Shown here: piece after piece, positions 1 through 11,454 of the stretch | How the letters are laid out: every line of letters begins with the position of its first letter | How positions within the stretch are numbered: the stretch's first letter is position 1 | Assembly: GCF_044704955.1 (NCBI RefSeq) | Contig: NC_091979.1 | Coordinates: 304,296,001 to 304,360,000 of the forward strand | Direction: 5' to 3' | DNA: 64,000 bases | Source: Pristiophorus japonicus | Taxonomy: Eukaryota | Notes under the pieces: model-generated | Told to the model about the DNA's origin: nothing | The model's input: the letters and a program-made list of their open reading frames with translations, nothing else | Database searches by the model: none | Program-made: the position numbers and the translations under genes

Positions 1-193
1 CCTGTGGTTGAGTCAGAAGATCCATTTTATACCAAATAGTCCACATACCTCAGCATCCAGCACAATTAACTAACCAGCAACTATTGTCACGTGTCCTTCG
101 TGAAACATTTACTGTTTAACTTCTTGTTGAAATCCATTTAAAACACAAGGAGATGCCAGGGAGAAAGAAAAATGTTACTTTTTTTTCCCCCCC

Positions 194-380
194 AGAGATT
201 TGAGCACATAATCCAGACTGGTACTCACTGCTGTTTGTGGGAGCTTGCTGTGCACAAATTGGTTGCCGCGTTTCCTACATTACAATAGTGACCACACTTC
301 AGTAGTACTTCATTGGCTGTAAAACTCTTTGGAATGTCCTGTAGTTGTGAAAGGTGCTCGACAAATGCAAGTTCTTTTTT
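194..380 (+). mobile_element. DeuSINE (SacSINE1/AmnSINE1-like) fragment, internally deleted
   Basis: GTTTGTGGGAGCTTGCTGTGCACAAATTGG...AAATGCAAGTTCTTT 3' half; same family as 15044-15447. Confidence 0.75.
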
Positions 381-429
381 GATTTCCAATATAGCCTGTA
401 ACTTGCCCACTTGCACTACGCCACTCTTT

Positions 430-1836
430 GGGCCCAAGTTTGCACCCATGGTTAGAATGGTGCACCTCCGTGAGGTGCGCGACTTTTTAAGAACAGAAAC
501 GGCGCCTATTATTTACCTTTGTATTCTCCACGTAGCAGCACCGATGTAGGGCCCTGGCGTAGCACAGCAGAACATGTGGGGGAGGGAGCCAGGTCCCGGC
601 ACTGAAAACCGTGCCGGGACCTTTGCACATGCGCGTTAAGAGTGTGCACGCATGTGCAGTAGCTCCTGGCCCCCAGATTTGTGTGCATGTGCTGCAGGCT
701 GTGTGGGAGAGGCCCGAAGCACGCCACCCCTAGCCCTGGCCGAATGGGCTCCCTGCCGCGACCTGCGAGGGAACAGACGGCAATGCCCGTCATCGGAGAC
801 AGGAGATCCCGGGAACGGAAAGCCAAACAAGAAAGGGAGAAGGAGCTGGCAAAGGTGACCATCAAGGAGGAAGATGACTGAGGCCATCGAGTGTTCCTTG
901 GGGCTTTCTTGGAGATATTCGGAGGCTGGGGGTAGCAGGAAAACAAAGAGATTGGGGGCAAGACGCGAGTAGGATGGGACCTGGGCAGGCTCGTCTGTTT
1001 AACGTTGTCCCCTCTCCCACTCCCTCCCCCTCTCCCTCCTCCCCCTCCCTCCTCCTTCTTCTTCCCCCTCCTCCTTCTTCCCCCTCCTCACCCTCACCCC
1101 TCCTCCTCTTCCTCACCCCTCCTCCTCTTCCTCACCCCTCCTCCTCTTCCTCACCCCTCCCCCTCCCCTCTCCCTTTAACCCCCTCCTCGGTGGCCCGCT
1201 GCCTTTCCTTCACATGAAGGTAGGACTTCTATTTTGTATTTGTTATTGATTGATTGCTTATTACTTTGGTCTTGGTGCCTTAAATGCAGGGTTCCTTCTA
1301 TTTTTTATTTGTTAATGAATTGCTTCTTACTTTTTGTGCTCCGTTTAGTGCTTTGTAAATCTTGGTGCTTTCCTTATATTTTTTATTTGTTATTGAATGC
1401 TTATTTTTGTGCTTTGTTTAGTGCTTGGTGCTTTAAATGTACTTATGCTTCTTTAATATCGTTGTGAAGATGTTTAGTGCTTTGGAAAATTCTCTAACTT
1501 CCCTTTCCTCCCCGCCTCCAGCCCCACACCCCTCTATCTCTGGCTACCTGCGCTGATTTCTAAAGTGTCCGCAAGGTTTTTTTTAAGCATACCAAAGTGT
1601 ACACATACGCTGGCCTAAGTTAGTTTGGAGTAACTATTGGCTGTCTAAACTTGCTTAAATGGCCAAAACTGGCGTAAGTGGCTGGTAACGCCCCATTTTG
1701 AAATAAAAAACTGAACTAAAAAGAAACTGAATTAACTCACTGAAACTAAATGTGGAGAATTGCGATTTTTAAGATACTCCAAAAAAAAAACGTTGCTCCA
1801 AAAAAATAGGAGCAACTCCTGTGGAAACTTGGGTCC
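430..1836 (+). mobile_element. Non-autonomous PIF/Harbinger derivative
   Basis: TIR GGGCCCAAGTTT (430) / AAACTTGGGTCC (1825-1836); the last ~300 bp align with the right end of the Harbinger at 45412-49559; C/T low-complexity tract at ~1010-1176. Confidence 0.75.
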
Positions 1837-2153
1837 TTTATCTCCACTGTAAGGAGGGAAATACTCAGCTGAGATCTAGTACTGGAAACTCTATTAGCAC
1901 AAAGGCAGGCCAAATATACTTTGAGGAGCTGCTGTTGAGGAAATATCTGAATTGCTTCAGTTTGTGTTTGTTCCCCAAAGCTCTCAATTGCCCTCTAGTG
2001 TTGGCCTGTCATCCCGAGTACCCAAAAAAACAGATGATAGGTGGTTTCTCTTTACTACTTCAAGTATTATATATCACTTGGATTCTATGTTTAAAAAAAA
2101 GTACCAGCGAGACAAATCTGCATCAGGTGAGAGAAAGGAGCACACCTCAGTGT

Positions 2154-2360
2154 CAACAACAAGAAGTTATATTTATATAGCGCCTTCATCATAGTAAAAC
2201 ATCTCAAGGCGCTTCACAGGAGACAAAACAAATACATTTAACAGATGACCAAAAGCTTGGTCAAAGAGGTAGGTTTTAAGGAGCGTCTTAAAGGAGGAAA
2301 GAGAGGTAGAGAGGCGGAGAGGTTTAGGGAGGGAGTTCCAGAGCTTAGGGCCCAGGCAAC
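2154..2360 (-). mobile_element. L2-type LINE 3' fragment
   Basis: Translates to GPKLWNSLPKPLRLSTSLSSFKTLLKTYLFDQAF, followed by a GGCGCTATATAAAT tail. Confidence 0.7.
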
Positions 2361-3099
2361 AGAAGTGTCTGGTCAATAACATTTTATTAAAAAAAAGAAC
2401 GGAATCATTTCCTTAGTAACTGATTAACAAATATTAATTTAATTTAACATGACAAAGTTATTTCACTTGGAACAAAGTTCATTCACTCTCAAGACTCCAG
2501 TTTAGGAATGCAATCAGTTAAAAATCATGGGCTCAAGTTTCGGCCTGAGTTGCTCCTATTTTTTTGGAGCATCTAGTTTAGAATGGAGCATCTTAGAAAT
2601 TGCAATTCTTGGCATTTAGTTTGCTCCAGTTCTAGTGAGATAGAACAGATGTTTTTCCCAAAAGGGGGCCTGTTTTGCAAGTTTAGGCAGCGAAAACTTA
2701 CTCCAAACTAACTTAGAATGGAGTAAGAGTAGATTTATGTACGCTTAGAAAAACCTTGCCTACACTTAGAAATCAGCTGTAGGGAACGAGAGATAGGTGG
2801 GGCGGGGGGGAAGGGGGGTTTACATACATTAAACACTTCACTTTTACAAATAAAGAGCCATCATCAATAATAAATAATAAATAAATCAATAAATCAACCG
2901 ATAAATCAACCCAAAAAATTTTTTAAATAACAAAAATAATAAAAAGAAAATTTTAAAAAATTAATTTTCTACTCACCAACTGCAGCACCGGGAGCCCTCC
3001 AACAGCGTGCTGGGACGGCCCCCACCCCACCCACAGTATCTCTCTCTCTGCCTTTGACAGTGCCTCTCTTTCTGTCACTGTCTCTCTCGGTTTCTGACA

Positions 3100-4230
3100 G
3101 TGAGGGGTGGGGGGGGGGGGGAGGAGAGGGGGGGGGGGGGGAGGAGAGGGGAGGGAGGAGAGGAGGGGAGGGGAGGGAGGAGAGGGGAGAGAGGAGGGGG
3201 GGAGGGGAGGGGAGGGAGAGAGGGGGGAAAAGAGCGGGGGAAGGGGGGGGAAGNNNNNNNNNNNNNNNNNNNNNNNNNNNNNNNNNNNNNNNNNNNNNNN
3301 NNNNNNNNNNNNNNNNNNNNNNNNNNNNNNNNNNNNNNNNNNNNNNNNNNNNNNNNNNNNNNNNNNNNNNNNNNNNNNNNNNNNNNNNNNNNNNNNNNNN
3401 NNNNNNNNNNNNNNNNNNNNNNNNNNNNNNNNNNNNNNNNNNNNNNNNNNNNNNNNNNNNNNNNNNNNNNNNNNNNNNNNNNNNNNNNNNNNNNNNNNNN
3501 NNNNNNNNNNNNNNNNNNNNNNNNNNNNNNNNNNNNNNNNNNNNNNNNNNNNNNNNNNNNNNNNNNNNNNNNNNNNNNNNNNNNNNNNNNNNNNNNNNNN
3601 NNNNNNNNNNNNNNNNNNNNNNNNNNNNNNNNNNNNNNNNNNNNNNNNNNNNNNNNNNNNNNNNNNNNNNNNNNNNNNNNNNNNNNNNNNNNNNNNNNNN
3701 NNNNNNNNNNNNNNNNNNNNNNNNNNNNNNNNNNNNNNNNNNNNNNNNNNNNNNNNNNNNNNNNNNNNNNNNNNNNNNNNNNNNNNNNNNNNNNNNNNNN
3801 NNNNNNNNNNNNNNNAGGGGGTGGGGGAGGGAGGGGGGCTGAACGGGGGGGAGGGAGGGGGGCTGAACGGGGGGGAGGGAGGGGGGCTGAACGGGGGGTG
3901 GGAGGGAGGGGAGCTGAACGGGGGGGGAGGGAGGGAGGGGGGCTGAACGGGGAGGAGGGAGGGAGGGAGGGGGGCTGAACGGGGAGGAGGGAGGGAGGGA
4001 GGGGGGCTGAACGGGGGGTGGGAGGGAGGGGAGCTGAATGGAGGGAGGGAGGGAGGGAGGGAGGGAGGGAGGGAGAACGGGGGGTGGGAGGGAGGGAGGG
4101 GGGCTGAACGGGGGGGAGGGAGGGGAGCTGAACGGGGGGGAGGGAGGGGAGCTGAACGGGGGGGGGAGGGAGGGAGGGGGGCTGAACGGGGGGTGGGAGG
4201 GACGGGAGCTGAATGGAGGGAGGTTGAATG
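3100..4230. repeat. G-rich low-complexity/minisatellite (GCTGAACGGGGGGGAGGGAGG-like units) spanning an N gap
   Basis: Repeated GCTGAACG(G)n units at 3838-4215; N-run 3254-3815. Confidence 0.9.
3254..3815. other. Assembly gap (562 N)
   Basis: Run of N. Confidence 1.
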
Positions 4231-5682
4231 GGCCCCGCCGCTGACGGGCTCCCACGAAGGACTTCGGGCGGGTCCTGTGGACGACGAGTTAAGAGGTGTC
4301 AGGCCACTCGGCCTGGGATAGGGGCGATGTCCCTTCGGCCAGGGATAGGGTCGTCGCCCGGACGTGCTGGGAGGGCCAGGAGCTACTGCGCACGCGCGCA
4401 GCTGCCGCCACTGTTTTTGGCGCAGGGCTGTAGCGAGGTGGAATTGGGCCTACAGCTATCGGAGAATCGCGAGGTAAGTATTCGGCGCAATTTTTGTTCT
4501 GCAAATTAGGCGGGCCTCTCCGATGTGCGCCGTTCTAGCGGGGATCCGAAACTTGAGCCCCTGATTCTAATATTTAACAGGTCTCAGTATTTAACAACAG
4601 GCTATGTTTCACAAACACTGCCCTGTACGGCTTCACCCAATTACAGTTCTAAGGCCAAGGTTTTTTCTCAATTACTGTATTGAGGGCAGTGCCCCTTTCT
4701 GTTGACCTCCTGAAACCTCTTGACCTTTATGCGAACTAAATCAGCAGAAGCGAAATAGCCAAAAGTCGCATTGAAATAGTGAAAATGCCAAAATGATTTT
4801 GGGGAGAGGCAAGATTAATGAGCAGGCTTGTTGAACAGGAGTAGAATCACTGTTTCTTGCTAGTTCTTACATTTTTCAATGAAAGAAAACAAATAAAACT
4901 GCCTTCGGCTCACGTGGCAGTTTCCGCCCATAAAAAACAATCTTACCCCACCCCCCACTACTTGAAGATATTTTTAATCCCACTCTAGATTACAGATCGC
5001 AAACTTCAAAGCTCTGAGTCACAGTAGATCTATGCAAAAAAAAGTTAATGCTTCCCTAATGTGCTACGCAGTGCCGCACAGAACACTAACCGGAGAGCAT
5101 TTAACCAACAGGTTGGCTACTTGCACTGGAACTTTCAGGACTCGACTGGTAACTGCAAATTCATATCCAAAAAGCAAGGGGCAGCTTAACATTACGCAGC
5201 GCCTTTAAAAAAAAACAGTATATATAAAACCCAACTGTATTTGAAAGCGATAATACAGAGTTATTCCACTTGCTTCATTTTCTGAAGCATTACTGTTGGA
5301 AATGCTCATCGAGGTCAATGGAGTGTGTGGTAGAAAACCAACAAATGACTTGTATACACTGCCTTACTGGAAAATAAACTATCTCCCGACATCAGCACTC
5401 CGTGGGTGATCTGTCCCTGATGTCACTCAGTGGTACATTTTCCAGTAAACTGCTGCTCGCTGCTTCTACAAATGGACACGAGTTGTTTCGGACCAGACTT
5501 GCACAGAAATGGAACAATACTGCCATTATCACGTCACAAACAAGTCACAAGTTAGTCAAAATTTGCTTATGTCTACAGGGTTCTGGGAAATTACTTGTTT
5601 CAGAACGGAATTCCTGCCCTATTCCAACCATCTTTGAAAGTCAAGTGTTCCATCTTATACAGGTACAGTGTTTTACAATTGC

Positions 5683-6819
5683 ACAAGATAAAAGTTCACG
5701 GGGTTGGGGGTAATATATTAACATGGATAGAGGATTGGCAAACTAACAGAACAGAGAGTCGGGATAAATAGTTCATTCTCGGGTTGGCAATCAGTAACTA
5801 GTGGGGTGCCGCAGGGATCAGTGCTGGGACACCAATTATTTACAATCTATATTAACGACTGGAAGAAGGGTCTTGAGTGTAACGTAGCCAAGTTTGCTGA
5901 CAATACAAAAATGGGAGGAAAAGCAATGTGTGAGGACACAAAAAAATCTGCAAAAGGACATAGACAGGCGAAGAGAGTGGGCAAAAATTTGGCAGATGGA
6001 GTATAATGTCGGAAAGTGTGAGGTCATGCACTTTGGCAGAAAATATCAAAGAGCAAGTTATTATTTAAATGGAGAAAGATTGCAAAGTGTCGCAGTACAG
6101 TGGGACCTGGGGGTACTTATGCATGAAATACAAAAGGATAGTATGCAGGTACAGCAAGTGATCAGGAAGGCCAATGGTATCTTGGCCTTTATTGCAAAGG
6201 GGATGGAGTATAAAATCAGGGAAGTCTTGCTACAGCTGTACAGGGTATTGGTGAGGCCACACCTGGAATACTGCATGCAGTTTTGGTGTGCATATTTATG
6301 AAAGGATATACTTGCTTTGGAGGCAGTTCAGAGAAGGTTCACTAGGTTGATTCCGGAGGTGAGGGGGTTGACTTATGGAGGAAAGGTTGAGTAGTTTGGG
6401 CCTCTACTCACTGGAATTCAGAAGAATGAGAGGTGATCTTATTGGAACGTATAAGATTATGAGGGGGCTTGACAAGGTGGACGCAGAGAGGATGTTTCCA
6501 CTGATAGGGGAGACTAGAACTAGAGGGCCTGATCTTAGAATAAGAGGCCTCCCATTTAAAACTGAGATGAGGAGGAATTTCCTCTGAGGTTTGTAAATCT
6601 GTGGAATTCGCTGCCTCAGAGAGCTGTGGAAGCTGGGACATTGAATAAATATAAGACAGAAATAGAGAGTTTCTTAAACGATAAGGGGATAAGGGGTTAT
6701 GGGGAGCGGGCAGGGAAGTGGAGCTGAGACCATGATCAGATTAGCCATGATCATATTGAATGGCGGAGCAGGCTCGAGGGGCCGTATGGCCTACTCCGGC
6801 TCCTATTTCTTATGTTCTT
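5683..6819 (+). mobile_element. CR1 LINE, 5'-truncated, degraded RT C-terminus
   Basis: [25 protein letters not shown] and [14 protein letters not shown] motifs; TTCTTATG-type tail. Confidence 0.92.
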
Positions 6820-7117
6820 ATTTTTGTTCATTGGCTGGGCAACATACCCATTACAAGAGCAACTTGTTCATTGGCTAGGCAACATATCCATTCTGTGAAT
6901 TGGCTGGGCTAAACATCCATTACAACTACAATCTGCTCATTGTAATTGGTACTTGATCGAGCCAAATACAATCTTCTCGCTGGCTGGGTTAAACAGCCAT
7001 TACAGGTATTGGCAATCTGATTTGAGAAATGCCAATCAAACGTTGTAAAAGGTTTCAGGGTTTCAAACGATTTCAATCTATTTCAGCAACATATTTTACA
7101 ACTATTTTGTTGTATCT

Positions 7118-7270
7118 GTAAATCAATAAATCATTAAATCAAGTGCCCCCTAATTAATGGGGTGATGATGCACTCCGGTTCCTCCGGCGCCCACCTCTCG
7201 CGGAAGGCTGTGAGCGTACCGGTGGACACCGCGTGCTCCATCTCCAGGGATACCCTGGCTCGGATGTACA
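7118..7270 (-). mobile_element. Tx1-clade LINE 3' fragment
   Basis: Minus strand reads YIRARVSLEMEHAVSTGTLTAFRERWAPEEPECIITP, resembling a Tx1 ORF2 C-terminus, then a short T-rich UTR. Confidence 0.6.
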
Positions 7271-8081
7271 TATCTTACAGATGTTATATCGCAGTTGAGA
7301 GCTCACAAAGAAATGATTATTACACTCATCCTTGAGCCACAAAGAAATGATTTCAAGAGGACAGGAATGCCTGCAAGCTCTTGCTCAGCTTGTTTGATCA
7401 CAAGTGAGGTGACATTAACACGAGTCTCTCTGTGCTTCTATTTCTATTGTACCTTGCTCGTTACCATTACTAGGTTGTGTGTGATTGGAGTGGGCAGGCC
7501 AATCACACTGTTGACTCAGTTAAGTATATAACACTTGAGCTAACATTTGCTTGCAAAAACTTCAGTTTTAACTCACAGAAAGTAAAATACCAGATGCTGT
7601 GATTAATATCTTTTCAAATAGGTTTCAGATTACACTTTAGGAATTCAGCTGCTGAGCTATCTTGGAAAAAAAACGTGAAAAGGAGCAGTTTTGCACTGAC
7701 CCTACATTAGGTCACAACAACTCTCATTTATTGCAATATACTTTAAACCTTGCAGCTGAAGGCCAGATGCGATGAAATAGAAATAGCACAACAGAACTTT
7801 ATTTAATTCCATCAGTCTTAATTCGTAACAGCGCCTGTACAGCTTTTGAAGCTTCCAAACTTGTTATAATGTCTGATTTTCAGTTTTTTGATTCATTATT
7901 CTTTTAAGTGCTCTGAAACTGAATTTTATTCCTTATCAAATTGCATGAGAGTCAATCACATAGACCCAGATTTTCTTTCTGCTCCCCTCCGATTTCTCTG
8001 CAGATGTGGGCTGACATGTAGAACAAAGAATCGAATGAGGTAAATATGAGCTCCGACCTATTTCGCAGAACGTTTTATTAC

Positions 8082-8717
8082 TTATTATTCATTCACAGGC
8101 TGAGGGCGTCACTGGCAAGGCCAGCATTACAACAAAGTGGCTTGCGAGGCCACTTCACAGGACAGTTAAGAGTCAATCACATTGGTGTGGGTTAGAAGCC
8201 AGACCAGGTGAGGATGGCAAGTTTCCATCTCGGCCTTTTGGCTAAGATCTGCATAACTAACCTGACCAGCCACCATGACCTCCGGGTGGTTTCTCCCTGG
8301 TCAGGAAGGTATATGCTTACATTTTTGTAAACAGGAGGTGGGTGGGATGGCTTGACCCATCCACCTCCACGGAGGTGTGTGGGGGACCTGACCCATCCAC
8401 CTCCATGGCACGAACCTGGTATTGCAGTACTTCCAGGAACGGTGCAGTGGCTCTAGGCCTTTTGGCTAAGAGCATTGGCGCAGAGTGATCCTTGACTGGT
8501 GCAGGGTGACCTCTGGCGTTTGTGACTTGACAAAGAATTGGAAACGATTGGCTACGAATTTATATTTAAAAAAAAAGTTTCCATCCCTAAAGGATATTAG
8601 TCAACCAGTTAGGTTTTTATGACAGTCTGACAGTTTCATGGTCACTTTTACGGATACCAGCATTCTCACATTTTCCGGATTATCAGTCCAAGCCTCTGGA
8701 TCACTAATCCAATAATA
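8082..8717 (-). mobile_element. Old SINE with LINE-derived tail; host of the U2/U1 insertion
   Basis: CCAGACCAGGTGAGGATGGCAAGTTTCC|ATCCCTAAAGGATATTAG is contiguous once 8230-8585 is removed; tail related to 30560-30600. Confidence 0.6.
8230..8576 (+). mobile_element. U2/U1 snRNA-derived chimeric retroelement (SINEU-like)
   Basis: U2 stem-loop I TCGGCCTTTTGGCTAAGATC; U1-like 8253-8305; Sm-like ATTTTTG; duplicated SLIII-like hairpin; U2 SLIV ACCTGGTATTGCAGTACTTCCAGGAACGGTGCA; second SLI; A-tail; TSD AAGTTTCCATC at 8219-8229 and 8575-8585. Confidence 0.85.
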
Positions 8718-10067
8718 TCATCATCACAGGCAGTCCCTCAGAATCCAGGAAAACTTGCTTCCACTCAAAGTGTCTCAGGTGACTGAACAGTCGAATACGG
8801 GAATTACAGTCTCTGTCGCAGGTGGGGCAGTCGTTGGAGGAAAGGATGGGTGGGGAGTCTGGTTTACCGCACGCTCCTTCCGCTGTCTGCGCTTGTTTTC
8901 TGCATGCTCTCGGCGACGAGACTTGAGGTGCTCAGTGCCCTCCCGGATGCTCTTCCTCCACTTAGGACGGTCTTTGGCCAGGGATTCCCAGGTGTCGTTG
9001 GGAAATGTTGCACTTTATCAAGGAGGCTTTGAGGGTGTCCTTGAAACGTTTCCTCGGCCCACTTGGGGCTCGCTTGTCGTGTAGGAGTTCAGAGTAGAGC
9101 ACTTGCTTTGGGAGTCTTGTGTCAGGCATGCGGACAATGTGGCCCGCCCAACGGAACTGGTCGAATGTGGTCAGTGCTTCGATGCTGGGGATGTTAGCCT
9201 GGTCGAGGACGCTAATGTTGGTGTGTCTGTCCTCCCAGGGGATTTGCAGGATCTTGCGGCAGCATTGTTGGTGATATGTCTCCAGCGATTTGAGGTGTCT
9301 ACTGTATATGGTCCATGTTTCTGAGCCATACAAGAGGGCGGGTATCACTACAGCCCTGTGGACCATAAGCTTGGTGCCAGATTTGAGGGCCTGATCTTCA
9401 AAAACTCTCTTCCTCAGGCAGCCGAAGGCTGCGCTGGCACACTGGAGGCAGTGTTGAACCTCGTCATCGATGCCTGCCCTTGCTGATAAATAGGCTCCTG
9501 AGGTATGGAAAGTGGTCCACGTTGTCCAGGGCCGCACCGTGGATCTTGATGACGGGGGTGCAGTGCTGTGTGGTGGGGTCAGGTTGGTGGAGGACCTCTG
9601 TCTTACGGATGTTTAGTGTAAGGCCCATGCTTCGTACGCCTCGGTGAAGATGTTGACGATGACTTGAAGTTCAGTCTTTAAATGTGCGCAAACGCAAGCA
9701 TCATCCGCGTACTGTAGTTCGACGACAGAGGATGGGACGGTCTGGGATCTGGCCTGGAGGTGACGAAAGTTGAACAGGTTCCCACTGGTTCTAGTGTTTA
9801 GTTCCACTCCAACAGGGAGCTTGTTGAGTGTGAGGTGGAGCATTGCAGCGAGGAAGATCGAGAAGAGGGTTGGCGCGATGACGCAGTCCTGCTTGACCCC
9901 CGTCCGGACATTGATTGGGTCTGTGGTGGATCTGTTGGTAAGGATCACGGCCTGCATGTCGTTGTGGAGCAGGCAGAGGATGGCGACAAACTTTTGGGGG
10001 CAGCCGAAACGGAGGAGGAAGCTCCATAGTCCCTCGCGGTTAACAGTGTCAAAGGCCTTTGTAAGGT
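8718..10067 (-). mobile_element. RTE (BovB-like) LINE, 3' part, degraded; continues at 11996-12070
   Basis: LTKAFDTVNREGLW, ELQYADD and DTRLPKQVLYSEL motifs; (GAT)n tail at 8718. Confidence 0.92.
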
Positions 10068-10652
10068 ACAGAGAAACATAGAAACATAGAAAATAGGTGC
10101 AGGAGTAGGCCATTCGGCCCTTCTAGCCTGCACCACCATTCAATGAGTTTATGGCTGAACATGCATCTTCAGTACCCCATTCCTGCTTTCTCACCATATC
10201 CCTTGATCCCCCGAGTAGTAAGGACTTCATCTAACTCCTTTTTGAATATATTTAGTGAATTGGCCTCAACAACTTTCTGTGGTAGAGAATTCCACAGGTT
10301 CACCACTCTCTGGGTGAAGAAATTCCTCCTCATCTCGGTCCTAAATGGCTTCCCCCTTATCCTTAGACTGTGTCCCCTGGTTCTGGACTTCCCCAACATT
10401 GGGAACATTCTTCCTGCATCTAACCTGTCTAACCCCGCCAGAATTTTAAACGTTTCTATGAGGTCCCCTCTCATTCTTCTGAACTCCAGTGAATACAAGC
10501 CCAGTGGATCCAGTCTTTTTGATAGGTCAGTCCCGCCATCCCGGGAATCAGTCTGGTGAACCTTCGCTGCACTCCCTCAATAGCAAGAATGTCCTTCCTC
10601 AGGTTAGGAGACCAAAACTGTACACAATACTCCAGGTGTGGCCTCACCAAGG
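10068..10652 (-). mobile_element. CR1 LINE 3' fragment, left arm of a composite insertion
   Basis: [15 protein letters not shown]...ELDEVLTTRGIKGYGEKAGMGY; (TTTCTATG)n tail near 10070. Confidence 0.92.
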
Positions 10653-11454
10653 TCCATCAGTACGGTGGGTTCCATCAGTACGGCTGGGACGGCAATAATT
10701 TCCTCACCTTGGACATGGAGCACAGTGTGTGGGTCACCCGGTACACTGGGGGGAGATCACCAAGAACAGGTGGAACCAGGACAGGGTCGGACTGCTGCAG
10801 GACAAGGGTTACCTGGAGCAGGATTGCATCGAGTGGCTGAAGAAATACCTGAAAGCCGGAGCGAGAGATCTGAGAGCTGTTGCACCAGCCGTGTCCTTTA
10901 CTCGTCCGGGCGATGCTAAACAGCTGTCCTGTGTCACCATCGGGTTTTACCCTCAAGCCATCGAGGTGACTCTGCGGAGAGACGGAAAGTTCCTCGATGA
11001 GACCCAGTCCCAGTGGGATCCACCCCAACCACCACGGCATCTACCAGAACAGATGGACGGAGTTTGACCCCGAGGACCAGGGCAGGTTCTCCTGTGAGGT
11101 GGAGCAAGGCGGGCTCGAGGGGAATGTCGTGGTCTTTTACGTGTGGAAGCCTGGCTCCCAAGTCCCTATTATTGTCGGTGTTGTGTTTGAGCTTCTGGCG
11201 CTGCTCGTCATTCTCGCCATTGTGGCTGTCGTCATCAAAAAAAAAAGCGGGGAAGGAGAGCGGATACAATCCCGCGAAGACTTCTGATAAAGGGGAATCC
11301 CCATCAAACTCCTCCGTCCCGTGTCCCGCTGATACTCCAAGGACGTCAGTCCACAGTCAGTCAGCGTGGAGAGAGAATCGGGGAGGGTGGCTTTTCATCG
11401 CGGTGATGGCGATTGACTGACGGCTCTGCGTCTGTGACCCTGTTTAATTGTAAC
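10653..11454 (+). pseudogene. Processed MHC class I alpha chain pseudogene (shark UAA-like): partial alpha2, alpha3, TM, cytoplasmic tail and part of the 3'UTR, intronless, frameshifted
   Basis: GGFHQYGWDG...WGEITKNRW...GYLEQDCIEWLKKYL...LSCVTIGFYPQAIEVT...FSCEVE...hydrophobic TM...GYNPAKTSDKGES contiguous across normal exon junctions; frameshifts near 10740, 11010 and in the poly-A at ~11240. Confidence 0.93.

Larger units (their letters stand above)
2528..4561 (-). mobile_element. Non-autonomous PIF/Harbinger derivative with internal G-rich minisatellite and assembly gap
   Basis: TIR GGGCTCAAGTTTCGG (2529) / CCGAAACTTGAGCCC (4546-4560); flanks TCA/TGA; 2529-2790 is the reverse complement of the right end of 45412-49559. 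Confidence 0.8.

Noticed and set aside
2969-4255. Long proline/glycine-rich ORFs
   Set aside because: Artefacts of G-rich repeats and the N gap
8230-8446. Functional U2 snRNA gene
   Set aside because: Lacks the first nucleotides and the GTAGTA branch-pairing region, has no upstream snRNA promoter context, and has an A-tail plus TSD
8230-8576. Keno/Utopia retrotransposon inserted in a U2 gene
   Set aside because: No ORF; U2 similarity stops before the branch-pairing region near which those elements insert; the TSD lies outside the U2 sequence
10653-11340. Functional MHC class I gene or MHC region
   Set aside because: No leader or alpha1, no introns, several frameshifts, embedded in LINEs
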